Source: Mobula hypostoma (lineage: Eukaryota). From it: 64,000 bases of DNA. The stretch's first letter is position 1, and every line of letters starts with the position of its first letter. The notes under the pieces were generated by a model that worked only from the letters and a program-made list of their open reading frames with translations, was not told where the DNA came from and ran no database searches. Where the stretch lies: assembly GCF_963921235.1 (NCBI RefSeq), contig NC_086108.1, positions 24,552,001 to 24,616,000 of the forward strand, in the 5' to 3' direction. Positions 25,285-37,104 of the stretch are shown one piece after another. Both the position numbers and the translations under genes were made by a program.

Positions 25285-26355
25285 GGCTATGTCCACACTA
25301 CACTGGATAATTTTGAAAACGCCAGTTTCGAGTAAAAACGACAGGCGTCCACACTAAGCGTTTTTCAAAATATCTCTGTCCACATTAGACGGATATTTGG
25401 GCGGATCTCCTCCTACTGGGCATGCGCAGGACACACAGAAAACAAGCAAAGAGGAAACGGTATACTTGGTGCACGTTTGTCCAGTTACAGACTGGAAAAA
25501 CTTAAAAGGAATTGTTCTTGGCTCTCGCGCAGGAGGACTTAAAATTGAAAGAAAAACAAATACTGGAGCGTATGGAGGCAACCAACAGGGAGTTCACGAA
25601 CAGTATGACCCGGCTGACGACGAACATTGAAAAACTTACTAACTGTGTCGCATTAATAAAGCACCTTGTTAACTGTATAAAACATGTCTGCATCAGTGTT
25701 ATCTTCTATTTCCATACAATGTTACATTTAGGCTGTTACACATCTATTGTCAGAGAAGTACTTGCATAAATAGGTAAGCCACCTTGGTTCTTGGTTCTTG
25801 ATCCTCCAAAATATTCCGCATGGAATTTAGACTGGAGGTGGTGGAGGATGTTTTCTATCCTTACCTTCATACAAGCAAGGACAGAAAACAGGGCAAGGTG
25901 AATATACTTATTTATTCAGTAAGCCGCGGGTCAAAGTATTTGGTGACTACATTTCTAACTCTTCTGGCTTCAGTCTTGTTGCCGTCTGTTCTGAAATTTT
26001 TAGGTTCTGCAAAGCGCAGAAATCAGATATCGCTGTGATGATTGTACGCTCTAGTATCAATTGTTTGGTGAAAATAAGGTAATAATAATAACAATAATAA
26101 TAAGAAGAAAACAATGAAATGCCGGGCTGCCGTCATCTGTTGCGGCACGGTCATGACAGCGGTTTTAAAAAGCTCCGGTTACTATGTCCACACTGCAACA
26201 GATATTAGGCATTTTCAGATTTACTCACTCTGGAGACCGTTTCTGAAAATCTCTGTTATTGGGGGATGAAAACACCATTTTATTGTGGACAGAGGGTCAA
26301 AACGAAGAGTAAAAGCTTCATTTTGAAAATTATCCAGTGTAGTGTGGACGTAGCC
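25285..26355. mobile_element. PIF/Harbinger non-autonomous DNA transposon
   Basis: 30-bp TIRs GGCTA(T/C)GTCCACACTACACTGGATAATTTT at both ends with one mismatch; 3-bp TSD TAT (25282-25284 and 26356-26358); subterminal GTCCACA repeats. Confidence 0.9.
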
Positions 26356-26639
26356 TATGTTAGACTGCACATACAGAAAGATTCTAACTCTGCTGTCAGT
26401 TTAACAAACTATTCCTGCAAAAGCCAGTCACTTGGGATTTGGTGAGTAACCATTTGAAGCAGAATCATCTAAAGGGTTCAAAACACTGATGTGCAGAAAA
26501 ATACTTAGGAAAAAAATGAAATGGTATCTAATCATCAGTTATGTATTACATGGGAATCGGGAATTGCCCACTACAAACAAAAATGTTTATAAATTCCAAT
26601 AACATTTTTCTTGCTATATTTATATTACACCTCTTTTTT

Positions 26640-27408
26640 ACACTTTGGTAGTAGAAATAAGTATGCAGACTATTTTCTAAATGGGGAGAAAATCCAAAAA
26701 ATCTGAGATGCAAAGGGACTAGGGAGTCCTTGTGCTGAATGACCTGAAGGTTAACTTGCAGGTAGAGTTGGTAGTGGGGAAGACAAATGCAATGTTAGCA
26801 TTCATTTCAGGAGGTCTAAAATATAAGATAAGGGATGTGATGTTGAGGCTTTATAAGGCACTGCTGAGGCCTCACCTTGAGTATTGTGAACTGTTCTGGG
26901 CTCCTAATCTAAGGAAAGATGTGCTGGCATTGGAGAGGGTCCAGAGGAGGTTCACAAGGATGAGTCTGGGAATGAAAGGGTTATCATACGAGGAATATTT
27001 GATAGCTCTGGGTCTGTACTCGCTGGAATTTAGAAGGATGAGGGGTAGGGGATCTTATCGGAACCTTTCAAGTGTTGAAAGGCCGAGAGTAGATGTGGAG
27101 AGAATGTTTCCCATGGTGTTGGGCTCTCGGACAAGAGGGCGCAGCCACCGGATAGAGTGCGTCCATTTAAAACAATGTGAAGAAATTTCTTTAGCTAGAC
27201 GGTGGTGAATTTGTGGATTTGTTACCACAGGCAGTTGTTAGGTGTTTTTAAGGCAGAGCTTGATAGGTTTTCAATTGAACATGGCATCGAAGACTAAGGA
27301 GAGAAGACTGGGGAGTGGGGCTGAGGAAGGGAAAAGGGATCAGCCATGATTGAATGGTGGAGAAGACTCGATGGGCCAAATGACCTAATTCTGCTCCTAT
27401 GTCTTGTA
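26640..27408 (+). mobile_element. CR1 3' fragment
   Basis: ORF 26732-27208 (LYKALLRPHLEYCELFWAP); CR1 3'UTR ending CTAATTCTGCTCCTATGTCTTG. Confidence 0.93.
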
Positions 27409-27459
27409 TTCCATAGGTTATGAAAGGTGCAGAGTGAACCTCAATGTCAATTATTAGAT

Positions 27460-29497
27460 ATTTATTTATTTAGATATCATGCAGAATAGGCCCTTTGAGC
27501 CTCACTGCCTAGCAATCCCCTGATTGAACCCTAGCCTAACTACAGGACAACTGACAATGTTGCCACACAGAGCTTACTTACATTGCAGGTAATCAGCAGG
27601 AACTCAGGAAATGCGGCTATGATCTGCACAAAGTCATCAAGGCAGAGAAATGACAAATCAGGGACAAGATCCAGACACAACTTTCCACCAACAACACACT
27701 CAGCTTATGGCAATGTCTGCACACCATCGCAGACTTCAAAGCTAAACGCAGTGGTGTTTCTAATATTGCTGCCTCTCTCTCGGATGAGCTATAACTTCTT
27801 TACACTCGATTCGATGTTGCCAACGCTGAGCTCCTGAGGAGAGCTACTGAAGTGACCTGCATCTTGGTCATCTGAGGCTGAGGTACACAGGTGTTTCCAA
27901 TGAGTGGACAGTCGCAAGGCTGCAGGACCGGACGGCATCCCAGGGCAAGTACTCAGGATGTGTGCAGCACAACTGGCAGGTGTGTTTACAAACATTTTTA
28001 ATCTCTCCCTCTCCCAGTGTAGAGCGCCCTTCTGCTTCAAAACATCTACCATTGTTTTAGTACCTAAAAAGACCAAGGTAACATGTCTTAAGGAATGGTG
28101 TCCTGTTGCACTCATCTCAATAATAAGCAAATGCTTTGAGAGGCTGGTCAAGGACTACATCTGCAGCATGCTGCCATCCACACACTGGACACATTCATCT
28201 ACCGACACAACCGATCGACAGATGACGCAATAGCCACAGCTCTACAAACCGTCCTTGCAAACTAGAAAAGGATGCTTATGTGAGAATGCTGTTCTTGGAC
28301 TACAGTTCAGCATTCAACATCATAATTCCCTCCAGGCTTCGCATGAGGCTCAGAGACCTCGGCCTTCACCCTGCCTTGTGTAAATGGATCCTGGACTTCC
28401 CATCAGATAGCTGGCAGGTGGTAAGAGTGGACTCCCTCATCTCTGCCCCTCCGACCCTCAACACAGGTGCCCCTCAGGGGTGTGTCCTAAGCCCCCTCCT
28501 TTACTCTCTGTATACCCATGACGGTGCAGTCACTCACAGCTCCAATCTGCTAATTAAATTTGCCGACAATACTAAATTGATTGGCCTTTTCTCAAATAAT
28601 AACAATGCAGCATACAAAGAAGAAGTCATCACTCTGACACAGTGGTGTCAAGAAGACAACCTCTCCCTCAATGTCACAAAAACAAAGGAGCTGGTTGTGG
28701 ACTACAGGAGGAAGGGAGACAGGCTAGCCCCTATTGATATCAATGCATCTGGGGTTGAGAGGGTGAACAGCTTTAAGTTCCTCGGCATCCACATCACCGA
28801 GGATCTCACGTGGTCTGTACATACCGGCTGTATGGTGAAAAAAGCACAACAGTGCCTCTTTCACCTCAGACAGTTGAAGAAGTTTGGTATGGGCCCCCAA
28901 ATTCTCAGAATTTTTTATAGGGGCACAACTGAGAGCATCCTGACTAGCTGCACCACTACCTGGTACGGGAACTGTACTTCCCTCAATCATAGGACTCTGC
29001 AGAGTGTGGCGTGGACAGCCCAGCGCATCTGTAGATGTGAACTTCCCACTATTCAAGATATTTACAAAGACAGATGTGTAAAAAAGGCCTGAAGGATCAT
29101 TGGGGTCCCAAGTCACCCCAGCCACAAACTGTTCCAGCTGCTCCCATCCGGGAAATGGTACTACAGCATAAAAGCCAGCACCAGTAGGCTCAAGGACAGC
29201 TTCTTCCACCAGGCCGTCACACTAATTAATTCATGCTAATAGAATTGTATTTCTGTGTTATATTGACTATCCTGTTGTACATGCTGTTTATTATAAATTA
29301 CTATAAATTGCACATTGCACATTTAGACAGAGTTGTAATGCAAAGATTTTTACTCTTGTATATGAACGATGTTAGTAATAAAGTCAATTCAATGTATAAT
29401 TAACCTCCCAACTGGAACGTCTTTGGAATGTTGGAGGAAATCGGAGCACCTGGAGGAAACCCATGCAATCACAGGGAGAATATACAATCTCCTTATC
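27460..29497 (-). mobile_element. V-SINE split by a Rex1 insertion (parts 27460-27560 and ~29396-29497)
   Basis: SINE tail (TTTA)n at about 27462, V core GGAGGAAATCGGAGCACCTGGAGGAAACCCATGC at about 29433; CAATGT on both sides of the insert. Confidence 0.75.
27561..29390 (+). mobile_element. Rex1/Babar LINE, 5'-truncated
   Basis: ORFs 27904-28233 (RKAAGPDGIPGQVL..CAAQLAGVFTNIFNLSL) and 28280-29092 (FLDYSSAFN, GAPQGCVLSPLLYSLYTHD, KFADN); tail AATAAAGTCAATTCAAT. Confidence 0.93.
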
Positions 29498-30229
29498 GCA
29501 ATATTTTATGTAATACACTACCTCGGAACTAGTATAAAGATTAATCTGCCTGTGGTGGCAAAAGCCACTGGAAGGAATTCCCACAAAACTTTTAATGTTA
29601 GTTTTCTCTAGTAAAGAAGAATAAAATGAGATGCATATTGTCTCTATTTTGTTCCTTCTCCTTGGCTCATTTCCCATCCTGGCTTTCTGTTCTTTGTTCA
29701 CTTTCTTTGTCTCTCTCTAACAACCTTTCCTTTACTACAAGATGGAACACCAGTTTGTCTCTCTTTCATTCCCTTGGAGTATTATTTTCACTATGAGCCA
29801 CACATACTTTGTCTTTTATATCTTGAATCTTTTTCTTGCTGGATTTGGATCTCCATGGTCCAGTATCTGATGTAGAACAGAGGTTGATTACTCTTGCCAT
29901 AACTCACTGTCTCAGTTGACCTGACAAGGTAGAATCTGCAGTCAGGTGCATTTAGAGGAAATGTAAAACTCGTGGTGAACTAAACTTTGCTGTGTGGAAT
30001 CCATTTTGTGCTCAACTTTTAAAGCAGCAAACAGGTAATATTGACGAATCTGTTTATGCAAACACAAACTTCATTCTGTGGGCTCTGCGATACAGGGTTA
30101 CCAAAATGTCACCAAAGTCAATACACAAAGATCCAGTTCCTAATAGCTTATATGGATGTGTAGTCATCTGTATATCAAAAGATTAAAATCCAATCACCAG
30201 CTTTTAATATGCTACATACATTTCATGCC

Positions 30230-30850
30230 TTTATGACCTTATGAAGTCAATGACCGCTGTGCATATTTATTTCAGACTACTGGTGAAATGTTGAGCAGGT
30301 TCCAGTCCGTCAACTTGAAGTAATCCCAAAATTGATCCTCCACAATTTTCATGGTCCTCTTCAACTTTTCTACTCTTTTCTTTGCCTGTATGCAGGCAGA
30401 GGAAGCACAGCCAGGTGGTCAGATTTCCCAAAGTGCAGCTGAGGGATGGAGCAGTATATGTTCTTGGTTGGATAGCCGTGCTTGAATGTGCTGGATCCTC
30501 TAGCATTCCAGGGAATGTATTAGTTGTAGTTAAGTAGATTCTTCAAGCTAGCCTGATTGTGCCATGATGTAACAGGTGTCAGAGTACACTGACGCATTCT
30601 TGTTGATTACAGCACTTGAATTTTCTGGTCTATGCATTGGATCATAAAACACTGAGTGCTGTATCAGAAGATTTGGAATGAACCACGCCTATATCAACCA
30701 GAATACTGAGCAGACCTCCATGTCCCTCTGATAAAGCAATTTTGCCATGATGTCCTTGATCTTGTTTGCTAATGACTGCACATCAGCCAGAAGGGTGCTA
30801 GGCAGAACATAGGGAAGAGTTGGTGATAGCCTTAGGACCCGGTAATTCAG
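30230..30850 (-). mobile_element. Old Rex1-type endonuclease/tether relic
   Basis: LPSTLLADVQSLANKIKDIMAKLLYQRDM, and EDQFWDYFKLTDWN in another frame. Confidence 0.7.
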
Positions 30851-31010
30851 TCTTACCTGAAGTCCAGCCCAGTAGCCACATTTTCTAAAACAATGGAAGC
30901 ATCCTGGTGTTTCTAGCAACTGTGTTTATCTTCTGAGTGGACTGTTCCAAGACTGCTGGTGCTGTCTTGGGTTCCTAGTGTTGCTGCATTCATTTAATTG
31001 CTTAGAAGTA

Positions 31011-32670
31011 CAGTGGATTCCAATTAATTAGGCACATCAGGACCAGTATATTATGGCCCAATTAAGTGACTGCTGCCGTTAGCTGACGTTTCAAGGAAAC
31101 AGTTAAAAAGGTATAGAAAATAAAGACAATCCGAGTCTCAAATTATGTATCTAAATGAAATACAGAACAAATTAGGATACTACAGTCTTCTTCTTCTTCA
31201 TGTGCCTTGCGTGTTACACGCTCGGGCGATCATGGCTGTCAACATCAAACGATCCCTCACAGTGTCTATGATATCTCACACACTTAGATCTGATATTTCT
31301 TTCACAGTGTCCATATATTTTCTTCTCTGCCTTCCTCTACCGCGTTTCCCAGGCATACGGCCTTGTAATATACGGCATTCTATTTCTCCCTCTCTGATGA
31401 CATGGCCCAGAGTTTCCTCTCATTTAATGTTCTCATTAAAGATCTTTTTGTATGGGCATGTTGGGGTACTGTCTCATTAGTTACCCTATCTCTATATGAT
31501 ATTTTCAGCATTCTTCTAAGAATCCACATTTCTGTTGCTTCTAAGTTTCTTTGGAGTTCTGTGTTATAGTCCATGTTTCGGAAGCATACAGCAAGATTGA
31601 TCAGATGTAACATTTTAATAGCCTAAGCCTTGTTGTCATAGAAATGTGTCTATTGGTAAAAATGTGTTTCATTTTTTGGAAGTTGGTTTTGGCGATGTCA
31701 ATTCTTCTTTTTATTTCCACTTTACTTCTAGCATCTTGTGATATAAAGCTACCAAGGTAATTAAAGCTGGTCTTTTGTTCAATCTCTTGGTTACTGATGT
31801 ACAATTGGCAGTTGGGAGTATCCTGCTGTATTGATGTTACCATACTTTTTTTTTACAATTGATGGTTAGACTAAAATCTGCACTGAAGTACAGAACTAAA
31901 CCCTAATACTCATTGACGAAAAGTTAATCCATGTTGCATTCTTGTGACTGTAAATGAACAAAATCGGCGCAGTTACCTAGTGCAGATAATGGACTGCCTT
32001 CATACAATGCTGTTGATGACTGCATCCTCCTAATCCTCATTTTCATTGTAACATTCAAGATGGCTGTTGATGCCTTCAAATTCTTTGTACTTCCTAACTT
32101 GTTGAAGTAATGAAATTATTTCATTTTCACTCCTAGCCATTTCAGGTATCTCCAAGCCTGCATGCAAATTGGGATAAAACTTATCAAGGCTCCACAGCTG
32201 AATGTCCAGAACTGTTGAAACATTAAGGAAAAGTTTAACACATAAAATGATACAAACAAAACCACTAAAAAAATGGCATATGATTTATTAGCTACTGAAA
32301 GTGTGTGGTGTAACATACTCTCAATCTCCATGCATTTTTTTAAACTATTACTCAATTTTACTCTGTGCAGTGGTCAACTCGGTCCACATGTCCCTTACAA
32401 CACTTGAACTCTCTCTATTCTATAATGTCCAACTGATATCATGTAAACATTGTTTGCTCTAAGCATGGTGTGTTGAAAGGCCTTGCAAGTGTGTGCAAGT
32501 GGTACTAATTAGAGACTGTTCAGCAACAGTCGCCTGCCCCAATTAGGCAGCATAAAGTCCCAAATAATCGAAGGGAATCAGCTAGTTTCTCAATTAGCTT
32601 TTGTTCAAGAGTTATCCCAGAAAAACGGCTGAACCAATTAACTGATGGGCCAATTAACTGGAATCATCTG
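31011..32670. mobile_element. Tigger/pogo-like (Tc1/mariner) non-autonomous DNA transposon
   Basis: Imperfect TIRs CAGTGGATTCCAATTAATT (31011) and AATTAACTGGAATCATCTG (ending 32670); preceded by TA (right flank is TG); subterminal CCCAATT repeats. Confidence 0.65.
31186..31885 (-). mobile_element. RTE-clade LINE 3' fragment nested in the pogo-like element
   Basis: FNYLGSFISQDARSKVEIKRRIDIAKTNF and LEATEMWILRRMLKISYRDRVTNE; (GAA)n tail at 31186-31199. Confidence 0.88.
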
Positions 32671-33259
32671 TGTTGTTTACTACAGTAGCTTCCACTACAG
32701 TTTTCAGGCTTTAAAGGTCAAATCTTGAGCATGAAACTGTAGCTGCCAGGTTCTTGCAAAAGCATCGCCTCTCTTTGGCTCAATCTTACATTTGTGCATC
32801 ATTCATATTATCAATGGATAGAATGCTTCAAATTATAGAATAAAGTTCCAGAAAGTTTTGTAAGGGACATATGGACAGAATAGACCACTGCAGAATAAAA
32901 CTGAGTAATAGTTTTTAAAAAGTGTAAGGAGTTTGAGAGTATTTTACACCACATTTTCAGTTGTTAATAAATTACATGTGGCTGTGTTTGTATTACTTTA
33001 CTTGTCAAATTTGTTCAGCTTTTCTAAATGTTTTGAGAGTTCTGGATGTGCTGCTCTAGAGCCTCAACAAGTTTTATCCCAACTTGAAAGGTTCAGGTTG
33101 TACTCAGAGGATATCAAACAGACTAACTACTAACCATGAACACTTCAAGTTGATGCAGTTTGATGCTGGAGCTTTGGACAAAATATCATCCTTGTTGAAG
33201 TAGGTAACTGATGAAATAATTATGCAACAGAAGGTACATGTGCCTGAGGATTTGCAACA

Positions 33260-33556
33260 ACCAGGTTCAAGAACAGTTACTACCCCTCAACCATCAGGCT
33301 CTTGAACAAAAGGGGATAATTATACTCATTCTATTTCCGGTGATACCACAACTGAAGGTCTCACTTTAGGGACGCTTTATCTTATTTCACACTTGATCAC
33401 CTGATTTTTTAAATTTATATTTGCAGTTGTTCATTGATCCTGGTTACAGTTACTGTTCTGTAGATTTTCTAAGTATGCCCACAGGAAAAAGAATCTCAGG
33501 GTTGTATGTGGTGACATGCATGTACTCTAATGATAAATTTTATTTTTTAACTTTGA
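33260..33556 (+). mobile_element. Rex1-type 3' end
   Basis: Similar to 3780-4134 (ACCAGGTTCAAGAACAGTTACTACCCCTCAACCATCAGGCTCTTGAAC...GAATCTCAGGGTTGTATGTGGTGACAT). Confidence 0.75.
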
Positions 33557-34924
33557 TAAATGCAACTAATAGCTTGGGAGCTGCAACTTAGTTAATGTAA
33601 AACAGGGAAAATGTTTCGATGGCATATGTCAAAATAAAGTTGATTGCAAAACTCAGCAAAATAATTTTAAAAAGACAAAAATATGCATTTCTCTTGGCAT
33701 TAGCTCTCATCAAAAATTTAAGATTCAACTAAAATCGAAGTATTGCAAAGATCTTTCAACCCATTCTAACCAAAAGCTGGTCATAATGCCTCCACTGAGT
33801 ACCAATAATCTTGACGCCTGATAACTGCAAAGGTCAGTGTAAATGAGGAGCATTAAACAGACATAAATCACCTTTTTCTGTACTCAGATTTCAAGATAAA
33901 ACACCTGGGCAGCATGGTGATCTAGAAGAGCATACTCATAGTTTTTCTCAAGCCCAGTAGAGAGTTGTGTAAATACTGGACAGTAACAAGATGCTTGCTT
34001 CTCTCTGTACCATAATTTGTGCTTAACGTTGTCAAGTTTTGATAAATTCACCTTTAAACCTTGTACTTTCATGTCTGCATTGTATTTATTTTGGTCCTAG
34101 TCTCTAGGCAAAAACGGCATGATTTCATATCAGAAGGAAACAAACGTAACAGAGGAAATAAAATAACCCAATTACTCCTGTTATTTGTTTCTCTTTGAGG
34201 TCACATGAATATGCAGATGTCTTGGGGAAGTCAAAGAATGTTTGCCCAGACAGGCTCTTAACTGCCAAAGAGCAGTAATCAGACCAAACACTGATCGCAT
34301 GGCATGATGGCACTGGAAGCAGACTTTCTCTCTCAGTGTGGCCTTGACAACAACGTCCTGGTGGGAGACCATGCCCAGGGAATTAGTGATGCCCTGTGAA
34401 TGCAGTATTCTTTCAACTCCAAGTGTGCTCAGCATCTCATCTCATCCCACTCCATTAATGACAGTCTGAGGTCATAGCAGACTGGTCTGTTGGTTATTGC
34501 TCCAAAGAAACAAGTGATGTAAGAAATAAAGCTTTCCCTCCCATGGAGTTACTGGCATCAAAGGAAAGAGTGCAGAATTGTTGTTTTATGAAACTGCCAA
34601 TGGTGATGTTCTTTACATTTATTTTTATAAAAATTCATGTGACATTCAAAGAAGAACTCCTCAATGAGCAATGTCAGCGTGCATTCTGTGCCAGACAAAG
34701 ACCACGGTGTAGCCAATTGCATAACCAAACAAAAAGTTTCCTACTTGACTTCTTGGTTTGTATGTTATTGCCTCAGGCAGGTTAAATGCAGCTTCAAAGA
34801 TTTACTCAGAGGAAGAAGGCCAGCTCAGATAGCGGAATGAACATTACATAGAGTGACTGTGCAGCCTGAAACAAGGGTCGCCTTCATGATGGGTTAAATT
34901 GTTTAACCTCCTCAAGTATTACAA

Positions 34925-36365
34925 TCATAGAGATAATACAGCGTGGAAATAGGCTTGTCTATGCCGACCATGATGCTCACCTGAGCTAGTGTGACTGGCC
35001 TCCTTCTCCATGACCTTTCTGAGTTTATTAAAGGTTATAATAGTACACATCTCTGCTACTTTCTCAGCTAGCTCATTTGAAATAAAAACTTGCTCTTCAG
35101 ATCCTTTTAAAACTTTCCCCGCTCATCTCAAACCTATGCCCTCCAGTTTTTGATATTTGGGGAAAAGACTGTGACCATCAATCTTATTAATGCCCCTCAT
35201 GATATAATAGACCTCTAAAAGGTCTTTCTCCATCCTCCTTCACTCTGGAGAAAGCAGTCCCAAGTCTACCCACTCTCTTTTTATAACTTAACCCCTCAGT
35301 CCCAGCAACATCATTGTGAATTTTTTCTGTCCTCCTTGCAGTTTGACCACATCTTCCTATGGCGACCAGCTTTTCACACAATACTTCAAGTACACCATCT
35401 CCAGTGTCTTATACAACAGTAACATGAATTAACTCTCATAGTCAATGCACCAACAGAAGAAGACAAGCATATCATTTATTTTCTTCATCACCCTTTCTAT
35501 TGGTGTCTCCACTTTTAGGGAACTACATACTTGTATCCCTAGGTCTTCCTGTTCTATAACAATCTCACAGGCCCTACCCTGGTTTAACTTCTTAAATATG
35601 CATCTCTTTGTACTTGTCTGTGCTAAATGCCTTCCGCTACTCCTTTGCCAACTGATCCAATTGACCTAGATCCAATTGTAACCTTCCCACCCTTCATCAC
35701 TATCCACAAAAACATTGTCATCTGCAAACTTGCAAATCATACACACGACTTTGGTTCTTTGCAGAAATGGGACCCGCTCTCGGGGGCTTCATGACTGTCC
35801 ACTTTTTGATATGCCAAGGATGCATTCTGCAAGACTAGCTTGGCTTCAGGGCGTTGGATTTTCGTGGTTCTGGAGGTCGGCGGATTCGAGGTCGGTGCCA
35901 CCACCCGATGTGTCATGGGAGTACAATGCTTTGCTGTTGCTTATGTGTGGGAGGGGGAGCTGGGGGGTGGTTGCTTTGGAGTTCTAACATTTAACTGTCA
36001 TTCATTCTTAGGGGCATTCCTCTGTTTTCTTGGTTGTTTGTGAAGAAAAAGAATTTCAAGATGTATATTGTATACTTTTTTCTGACATTACACGTACCTA
36101 TTGAAACCTATATTCTCATCCAAATCTTTCACACATACACAATACTATTGCTATTCCCTGCGGTGCACCACTGGTGGCAAGCTTCCAATCACAGCCACGT
36201 TCTGACTTATTTCATCAAGCCAACTTTGTCTCCAATTTGCTTTCTTATCCTGGATTCCGTCTGCTTATAACTTCTGGAACAGCCTAACATGCGAGACTTT
36301 GTCTAGATGAAGACCACGTAGTCAACATCTACTACCCAGCCCTCATCAAGCTCTTAGTCATCAAT
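34925..36365 (-). mobile_element. Degraded CR1 with a nested insert at ~35745-36110
   Basis: CR1 3' end at about 34925, CKFADNV-like motif at about 35715-35735, DVDYVVF-like motif at about 36315. Confidence 0.7.
35745..36110 (+). mobile_element. Non-autonomous element with a Rex1-like 3' tail
   Basis: GC-rich head and tail GAAGAAAAAGAATTTCAAGATGTATATTGTATAC...CCTATTGAAACCTAT, resembling the Rex1 3'UTR ends in this window. Confidence 0.5.
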
Positions 36366-36374
36366 CAAATAAAC

Positions 36375-36635
36375 TAAAGATTAGCATTATTTGTCACATG
36401 TACATTGAAACATCGAAACATACAGTGAAATGTGTCATTTGTGGCAATGACCAACACAGTCCAAATATGTGCTGAGGGCTTCTTGCAAGTGTTGACATGT
36501 TTCTGGCACTAACACAGCAAGCCCATAGCTTACTAACCCTAACCTGTACATAGATCTTTGGAATGTGAAAAGAAACCAAAGTACCCAGAGGAAACTGACA
36601 GTCACAGGGAGAACATGTTGCCTTACACAGTGTCA
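36375..36635 (-). mobile_element. V-SINE with Rex1-like tail
   Basis: TCTTTGGAATGTGAAAAGAAACCAAAGTACCCAGAGGAAACTGACAGTCACAGGGAGAAC core. Confidence 0.7.
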
Positions 36636-37104
36636 AGATGGTAGCAGAGTAGTTAGCTTAATGCTTTACAGTGCCAGCATTGCAGGTTAAATGAAATTTG
36701 TGAGACACAGTTTCCTATGCATAATACCATGCTGAATCTCGCGAATCAGTTCTTGCCTTTCCAAACATGGATTCTATCTCTCAGTAGATCCTCCACTAAT
36801 TTCCTAACACTGATTTTCAAATAGTCAGCCTATTGTTCCTAACCATGTTCTTGCACAATTCCATAATCTGTAAAATCACCAATCAAAGTTAAAGCAATTT
36901 ATTATGCTGTTGCTATTGTCTAGTAACTTCTTGAAGCTTTGTCTTCAAGTGGAAATTATGCCATATAGATGGCTAGGAATTTCAATGTTTAATTAGACTG
37001 TTGTGAGTCACTCCCAACGAGACTTTAATGAAAACAGGCAGAGGTTTTATGTTTCTAGTGAATTACTTTACACCTTTCTTTTTCTGTTAGTGCAAAGCTG
37101 GTGC

